A program made the position numbers and the translations under genes. A stretch of 64,000 nucleotides of DNA, from contig JAWUWS010000109.1 in assembly GCA_034111705.1 (NCBI GenBank), forward strand, positions 1,017-65,016, read 5' to 3'. The stretch's first letter is position 1. Each line of letters starts with the position of its first letter. Below, piece after piece: positions 58,438 through 64,000 of the stretch. The DNA is from Psychrosphaera sp. (GTDB lineage: Bacteria > Pseudomonadota > Gammaproteobacteria > Enterobacterales > Alteromonadaceae). A model generated the notes under the pieces. It searched no databases, had not been told where the DNA came from, and saw only the letters and a list, made by a program, of their open reading frames with translations.

Positions 58438-58947
58438 ATGATCACGGATATTAATAATTTGATTGGTTGTGCGATGTCTTTGTTAAGTGGACAAGAAGCT
58501 AATTATGTTGATGGTAAAGTATTAAGCCCACAATCAGCCGATGATATGAAGATCATTACGCATGATATTACGGAATACCTAAAAAATAGTTCTATGAAAT
58601 CCGAAGTGGAAATGCAAAAGCTAGAGCACTATAAATATACATTATTAGCCATTTCACCGTTTGGTAGCCGTTATATTTCAAACCGACACGATCATTATTT
58701 TGTTGTTCAGTGCGAGTTTGATTTTGATTTGTTAGAAGACGCGTTTGAGCATGAAACGTTAGACGACATGTATGACTCCATGTCTATTGCTCATGATTTT
58801 AATCGTGAAGAGTTTGAGTCAACTGCAATCATTGTCCGTAATATTGATAACAATATACTTGCCTGTGACTTACGCGGTTGTTGGAGTCCTCTGGCTGACA
58901 AGTTTGCCGTTAGGGTTGAAGACTGGGTCGATCATTACGCTATTTGA
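58438..58947 (+). CDS. Hypothetical acidic protein
   Basis: 169-aa ORF filling the gap after cysQ, with an AAGGA RBS; no motif recognised. Confidence 0.7.
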   Translation: MITDINNLIGCAMSLLSGQEANYVDGKVLSPQSADDMKIITHDITEYLKNSSMKSEVEMQKLEHYKYTLLAISPFGSRYISNRHDHYFVVQCEFDFDLLEDAFEHETLDDMYDSMSIAHDFNREEFESTAIIVRNIDNNILACDLRGCWSPLADKFAVRVEDWVDHYAI

Positions 58948-58989
58948 ACAATCAGCTAAATATAAAAACAACTAATAATAGGAAAGCCG

Positions 58990-59208
58990 CTAACCTTTAA
59001 AATCGTTAGCGGCCATTAAATTTACGGTTTCATGCAATTCCGAATAAACTAAAACAATATCACCGTTATTAAGTTGATGTTTCACATTTAACTTTTTCTC
59101 ATCAAATGAGATTTCAGCCTCTCCGTAGTCGGTTCCTTCTCGCATAACAAATTCTTCAATAATACTGTTTAAAGCATCTGGGCTAATTTGTTGCCATGGG
59201 ATTATCAT
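58990..59208 (-). CDS. yheU: YheU family protein
   Basis: MIIPWQ...IEEFVMREGTDYG...YSELHETVN. Confidence 0.93.
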   Translation of the reverse strand: MIIPWQQISPDALNSIIEEFVMREGTDYGEAEISFDEKKLNVKHQLNNGDIVLVYSELHETVNLMAANDFKG

Positions 59209-60200
59209 TGTTTCTCAGTTAATAATTGATTAATAAATTTAACACTGCGAGTTTCCAACCAAAATTCAGGTTTGAAAGGGTTTTTACCCGTTAAAAAGCC
59301 AACGTGACCGCCTTTTTTAGACAATTCAAACTGTACACTATCAGACATTTCATCGTTATTAGGGATCACTGATTGATTCATAAAAGGGTCGTCTTCGGCA
59401 TGAATGATCAATGTAGGCGTAGTGACGGTAGATAAAAACTGTTTTCCACTGGATTTTTGATAATAATCTTCAGCACTGGAAAATCCATTTAATGGAGCAG
59501 TAACCAGCTGGTCAAACTCATTGATGTTCGAGATGCCTTCTAGTTCCCTTTGGGTTAATAATAAAGGATCACTGCCATTTAATGCTTCAATTTTCTGAGC
59601 CGTACTTTTCTTTAGTTTTTCTAATAAGTACTTTTGGTAAACTTTTGAAAAACCTTGATTGATGGTCTTTGAACATTCAGATAAATTTAATGGGGCTGAT
59701 ATAGAAATAGCACCATCTAAGTGGGACTCTAGATTTTCACCTACATATTTAGCAAGTACATTACCACCTAATGAAAAACCAATTGAGAACAATGGATTGG
59801 ATGGATGATTTTGTTTTAAGAATTGAATGAATTCACGGACATCTTCTGTTTGTCCAGAATGATAGGTCTGTGTTTTGCGATTTGTTTTTGTTCCACAACC
59901 CCTAAAATGCATTAATACTGCAACCCAGCCTTGTTGGTATATAGTATTCATCATACGTTTAGTATAAAAGCTATCAAATGAGCCTTCTAAGCCATGAAAC
60001 AGTAAAACAATAGGTTGGTTGGCTTTTATCTTATTAATTTGGTGAGACCAAGTGACTTCCACAAAATCACCATCACTGAGCTCAAACTCTTGAAACGCAG
60101 GTTTGAAGTGAGAAGTAATAGGGTACGTTCTTGGTAAAATGGTTTGTAAATGACGATTAGTCATCCACCATGCAGGTTTGAATTCAGATTTTACTAACAT
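59205..60200 (-). CDS. yheT: YheT-like alpha/beta hydrolase
   Basis: NRHLQT, HGLEGS, GFSLGG nucleophile elbow, DDPF, GGHVGF; coupled to yheU. Confidence 0.9.
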   Translation of the reverse strand: MLVKSEFKPAWWMTNRHLQTILPRTYPITSHFKPAFQEFELSDGDFVEVTWSHQINKIKANQPIVLLFHGLEGSFDSFYTKRMMNTIYQQGWVAVLMHFRGCGTKTNRKTQTYHSGQTEDVREFIQFLKQNHPSNPLFSIGFSLGGNVLAKYVGENLESHLDGAISISAPLNLSECSKTINQGFSKVYQKYLLEKLKKSTAQKIEALNGSDPLLLTQRELEGISNINEFDQLVTAPLNGFSSAEDYYQKSSGKQFLSTVTTPTLIIHAEDDPFMNQSVIPNNDEMSDSVQFELSKKGGHVGFLTGKNPFKPEFWLETRSVKFINQLLTEKQ

Positions 60201-60358
60201 ATAAGCCTCAATATTGATCTTACTTAGGTGGGGCTTAATTGAGTAAATTCAAATTTTATTTATATTTTTTAAGTTATTGGAACAAATGAATTTTATATGT
60301 GAGGTTAATAAAATAAATAGCTTAATAAGCTAAATACATAAATGGTAAGACTCTAGTG

Positions 60359-60574
60359 CTATTGCCAGCCTATTTTCCACTTAAGTGGGTCTTTTAAATC
60401 ACGCCAGTTTATTTCGTATTGTTGATTGTTAATCACCGCTTCAACAACGCACAAAGTAACGACTTTATCTTCATCAAATTCGACTTCTATAACAACGAAA
60501 TGTTTTTCTTTGTTGCTGATCTGACTTTTTGTCCATTTACTGTTGAATAATGCTTTTGGGTTAACCTTATTCAT
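60359..60574 (-). CDS. TIGR02450-type Trp-rich small protein
   Basis: NSKWT...KEKHF...WRDLKD...W..GW. Confidence 0.85.
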   Translation of the reverse strand: MNKVNPKALFNSKWTKSQISNKEKHFVVIEVEFDEDKVVTLCVVEAVINNQQYEINWRDLKDPLKWKIGWQ

Positions 60575-60851
60575 GGTTTAAACCTCGGCTATGTTTTCGT
60601 TGGTTTTGTATTAAATTGTATTCTTTTAAGGCTTCATTTTGAAATGCAGTAAAGCTAGATTTATTGTCGTATACATAGGAAAGGCGACTATGAAATAACA
60701 AGGTTAAAGTGACGTCTTGATAACCTAAATAACATGTATAACCGTCAATCTCATGCCAAGCGGTTAAGTTATTGAAATGAATTTTACCTTCTATTCTTTC
60801 ACCATGAGTGAGTACATAGTTAAATAACTCAAGATAATGTGTGTATGTCAT
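60567..60851 (-). CDS. DUF3081-like protein
   Basis: DGYTCYL...VTLTLLFH motif; AGGTG RBS; overlaps the next gene by 8 nt. Confidence 0.7.
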   Translation of the reverse strand: MTYTHYLELFNYVLTHGERIEGKIHFNNLTAWHEIDGYTCYLGYQDVTLTLLFHSRLSYVYDNKSSFTAFQNEALKEYNLIQNQRKHSRGLNHE

Positions 60852-60951
60852 ATTTCACCTAAGCCTTTTAATCTTAAATTTATTGGACTGAATGGTTAAC
60901 TAATTTCAATACGTATAAACCAAGTATAAGGTTCATAAATATATTTTGTAT

Positions 60952-61857
60952 TCAGTTTAGTGGAGCTTGGAATAATTTACGGGACTCTGTAAGTAAATGC
61001 TGAACTGCAGGGTGTTTTACTTTCCGCTCTGGAGAAATAAGGTAATAGTGCTCCATAATTTGATCGGTTCTTCCTATTACTGATAAATCAAACTGATTGA
61101 TCACATGTTGTTCAATAATAGTAGGGGCGCAACATATTCCATAATTTGCTTGGCAAAAATACTTGGTGAGCACTGAGTCATCAAATTCACCAATGATTTT
61201 TGGTTGAACACCAATTCGTTCAAACCAAGACAGTACATTTATTCTCTGATTACTCCCCTCTCCGGCAAGAAAAAAAGGTGCTCCATCAAGTGACTGTGGG
61301 AATGTTTGTTTTAAGTATTGAGCTTCCTTTGGGGTGGAAAAAAAGCTCATGCCGCTTTTACCAACAAAGTGATTAAATGCTTTAACTGCAGTATAAGCAG
61401 GAAGTGAAGTATCACTTAATACTGCATCTAATTTATTAATGGCTAATTCCCTTAATAAAGTGTCTAAGCTGGTTTCTTTGCAGATAAGCTTAATTGAGTC
61501 ATCCATTGTATAAATTTGTTTTAAAAAATTAAATGAGAAGACTTTAGCAATAACGTCTGTTACGCCAATAGCGAATTTAAAAGCAAATTGTTCGGAATGA
61601 TTTTGTAATGAATTTAATAATTCATCGCCAAGATCAAATATTTCTTTTGCGTAACTGTATGTCACATTTCCCATAGCATTGAGATGCATCTTTTTACCAA
61701 TACGGTCAAACAAAGTGTAACCAAGTTGTTCTTCTAGTTTTTGCAACTGAGAACTTAATGTTTGTGGAGTGATATGTAGAGCTAACGACGCTTTGGCAAT
61801 ACTACCGTGAGTAGCTATGGCATAAAAGTATTGTAAGTGGTGATAGTTTAATCGCAT
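60952..61857 (-). CDS. nhaR: LysR-family activator NhaR
   Basis: LNYHHLQYF, TPQTLSSQ, FPQSLDGAPF, EFDDS, ERKVKHPAV; divergent from nhaA; ATG at 61857. Confidence 0.92.
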   Translation of the reverse strand: MRLNYHHLQYFYAIATHGSIAKASLALHITPQTLSSQLQKLEEQLGYTLFDRIGKKMHLNAMGNVTYSYAKEIFDLGDELLNSLQNHSEQFAFKFAIGVTDVIAKVFSFNFLKQIYTMDDSIKLICKETSLDTLLRELAINKLDAVLSDTSLPAYTAVKAFNHFVGKSGMSFFSTPKEAQYLKQTFPQSLDGAPFFLAGEGSNQRINVLSWFERIGVQPKIIGEFDDSVLTKYFCQANYGICCAPTIIEQHVINQFDLSVIGRTDQIMEHYYLISPERKVKHPAVQHLLTESRKLFQAPLN

Positions 61858-62002
61858 AAGTTTCCTTAAATAATCATCAGTTATATACACAGGGTATAAA
61901 GTAATTATCAATTTATATCTGATGATAACTCAGTTATAAGCGACTGTTTAATAATTCTTTCCTCAGTTATAACGTGTGACTAGTCAGTCATGAGGAGTTC
62001 AT

Positions 62003-63187
62003 ATGTCAGAAAACGCACTTATTTTAAAGTGGAAAGACTTTATTAAAACCGACGCTAGTTCAGGCATTATTCTTGTACTAGCTTCTTTGCTTGCATTAAT
62101 TTTAGCAAACAGTCCACTTAGTCCAGCCTATAACTCATTCTTAGAGTTCCCTGTCAGTATCGTACTTGGTTCATTTGAAATAAGTAAACCATTGGTTTTA
62201 TGGATCAATGATGGCTTGATGGCAATATTCTTTTTTGTTGTGGGATTAGAAATAAAAAGAGAATTGTTATACGGCCAATTAGCATCCAAGGACCAAGTTG
62301 TTCTGCCATTTTTAGCTGCGGCTGCAGGGATAATATTCCCAGCTCTTATATACGTAGCATTAAATTACGAAGACGCCATTGCAATGAACGGTTGGGCTAT
62401 ACCATCCGCTACAGACATCGCATTTGCTTTGGGATTATTTATACTTTTTGGTAAGCATCTCCCACCAAGTTTAAAATTATTCCTTTTGTCTGTCGCGATT
62501 ATCGATGATATTGGAGCTGTGATAATAATCGCTTTATTCTATTCTTCAGATTTAGCGCCAAATTCACTTATCATTGCCACTGCAGGTTTGTTCACATTAT
62601 TGTTATTTAATCGTCTACAACTATCTAATAAAACACCTTTTATTTTGGTTTCTATTATTGTCTGGGCAGCGGTTTTAAAATCTGGCGTACATGCAACATT
62701 GGCGGGGTTTGCAGTTGCATTGTTTATCCCAATTGCTAAAGAAAAACCCGAGTCAATGTCTTATCAAATTGAACATAGTTTACATCCATGGATTGCTTTT
62801 TTTGTGTTACCTGTCTTTGCCTTTTCCAATGCTGGTGTTGAGCTGATTGGTACATCGGTCTCTGAATTCTTCACCCCTGTTTCCTTTGGCATTATTGGGG
62901 GGCTATTTATTGGTAAACAGTTGGGTATTTTTGCAGCTTGTTATGCAGCTATCAAATTAAATCTTTGCAAACTACCAAAAGATGCAACCTGGACTCAATT
63001 ATATGGTGTGTGTTTACTCTGTGGTGTTGGTTTTACTATGAGCTTATTTATTGGTTCTTTAGCATTTGAAGAGCAAGGTTTAGCCTATCAAACACAGGTT
63101 AAGGTTGGTGTTTTGGTAGGCTCGATATTGTCTGGTGTCTTGGGTGCTGTACTTATAAAACGTTCGTCTAATAAAATAAAAATATAA
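62003..63187 (+). CDS. nhaA: Na+/H+ antiporter NhaA
   Basis: WINDGLMAIFF, GLEIKRE, GWAIPSATDIAF, AIIDD, KSGVHAT, GVGFTMSLFI. Confidence 0.97.
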   Translation: MSENALILKWKDFIKTDASSGIILVLASLLALILANSPLSPAYNSFLEFPVSIVLGSFEISKPLVLWINDGLMAIFFFVVGLEIKRELLYGQLASKDQVVLPFLAAAAGIIFPALIYVALNYEDAIAMNGWAIPSATDIAFALGLFILFGKHLPPSLKLFLLSVAIIDDIGAVIIIALFYSSDLAPNSLIIATAGLFTLLLFNRLQLSNKTPFILVSIIVWAAVLKSGVHATLAGFAVALFIPIAKEKPESMSYQIEHSLHPWIAFFVLPVFAFSNAGVELIGTSVSEFFTPVSFGIIGGLFIGKQLGIFAACYAAIKLNLCKLPKDATWTQLYGVCLLCGVGFTMSLFIGSLAFEEQGLAYQTQVKVGVLVGSILSGVLGAVLIKRSSNKIKI

Positions 63188-63198
63188 GGTTAATAGAT

Positions 63199-63624
63199 AT
63201 GAATATCAAAATAATTAAAAATGTATTTATTGTTACTGGGCTTACATTAATGTCCTTTGTTGTGAAAGCCGATTTCAAATCTGAAATTATTGAGTCGTGT
63301 ACTGAGTATCAAAAAAATGATGGAGGAAAGTTCGTTAACGCATGTAAATTATATATTGATGGGTTTATAGATGCGTCCATGCAATACCATGAAAGTACAC
63401 ATAATGATGATAAGAATGACTTTATTAAGCGAGTTTACCGCACCCGAACTATGTCAGGTGAATTAGTAAGTAGTGACTTTGAAAGGCCTTTTTGCATACC
63501 AAAAAAAATGAAAAGACAGGAAGTCGCATCGTCAATTGCCAAATCTATGGATTTATCTAATCTTGATATTACGGATTTTAGATTGGTGGTGCATCATTCT
63601 TTAGTAAAAATCTATCCTTGTTAA
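63199..63624 (+). CDS. Exported Cys-containing protein, Rap1a/Tai-like
   Basis: Signal peptide (VKA-D); C..YIDG..D, FCIP and terminal YPC pattern. Confidence 0.6.
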   Translation: MNIKIIKNVFIVTGLTLMSFVVKADFKSEIIESCTEYQKNDGGKFVNACKLYIDGFIDASMQYHESTHNDDKNDFIKRVYRTRTMSGELVSSDFERPFCIPKKMKRQEVASSIAKSMDLSNLDITDFRLVVHHSLVKIYPC

Positions 63625-63662
63625 AAATTCACCTATAAGGATTTTTAATTGAATTACCAAAT

Positions 63663-63699
63663 ACAACCCTTTCAAGTAATGGAGTACTTGAAGGGTTGT
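63663..63699 (+). terminator. Long hairpin after the nhaA operon
   Basis: ACAACCCTTTCAAGTA...TACTTGAAGGGTTGT; no clear U tract. Confidence 0.55.
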
Positions 63700-63794
63700 C
63701 CATCTAACACTACATCTTATAATCAAATGTGATCGCTAAGTAGACCACCTCCGTATTTAAATATGGTAACTAGGTTTATATAGAAGTGGTGATC

Positions 63795-64000
63795 ATGCAG
63801 CATTTAAATAACAAGGCTTTAACTGAGATGCCTACACGTTACAGGGTTCAGTTAGTTAATAGCTTATCTGGCTTTAAGAGTGCTAACCTTATCGGTACAT
63901 GTGACAAGCAAGGTAACAATAATCTTGCAATATTCAGCTCGGTTTTCCATTTAGGAGCATCGCCTGCATTGGTCGGTTTTATCATGCGACCAGACAGTGT
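63795..64000 (+). CDS. Flavin reductase family protein (DIM6/NTAB-like), 3'-truncated
   Basis: Not in the ORF track; translates MQHLNNKALTEMPTRYRVQLVNSLSGFKSANLIGT...NLAIFSSVFHLGASPALVGFIMRP and runs off the window. Confidence 0.85.
   Translation, partial: MQHLNNKALTEMPTRYRVQLVNSLSGFKSANLIGTCDKQGNNNLAIFSSVFHLGASPALVGFIMRPDS

Noticed and set aside
30446-58975. Remaining short ORFs overlapping the hydrolases, receptors, murQ, nagZ, SSS, nagB, nagA and the hypothetical gene
   Set aside because: All lie within longer genes and show no independent evidence.

Overview
AT-rich chromosomal window from a marine gammaproteobacterium (gene content and order suggest Alteromonadales; genus not determinable here). 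Left: 3' part of a probable thiamine-salvage operon (TonB receptor, YkoF, PnuC, kinase), tRNA-Arg(CCG), comM, fadE, an IS3-family right-end relic beside a heptamer tandem repeat, hslO/hslR and a type II secretion operon (gspC-N). Centre (about 27.5-56.3 kb), between gspN and yrfG: what looks like a near-complete peptidoglycan-utilisation locus. It encodes an Oar-type TonB receptor, an AmiD + YfeW/AmiE-like amidase fusion, NlpC/P60 and YkuD-like lipoprotein peptidases, an Ala-Glu epimerase, a DUF819 membrane protein, a sodium:solute symporter, NagZ, AnmK, MurQ, NagA, NagB-II, alanine racemase, D-lactate dehydrogenase and a MurR/RpiR regulator. A recurring GAA-W7-TTC palindrome lies upstream of four of its transcription units, and a Fur-boxed PepSY/TonB iron cassette is nested inside it. 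Right: yrfG, nudE, cysQ, yheU/yheT, small conserved genes, nhaR/nhaA, a Rap1a-like exported protein and the start of a flavin reductase. All product calls come from motif recognition by eye; no database searches were run.
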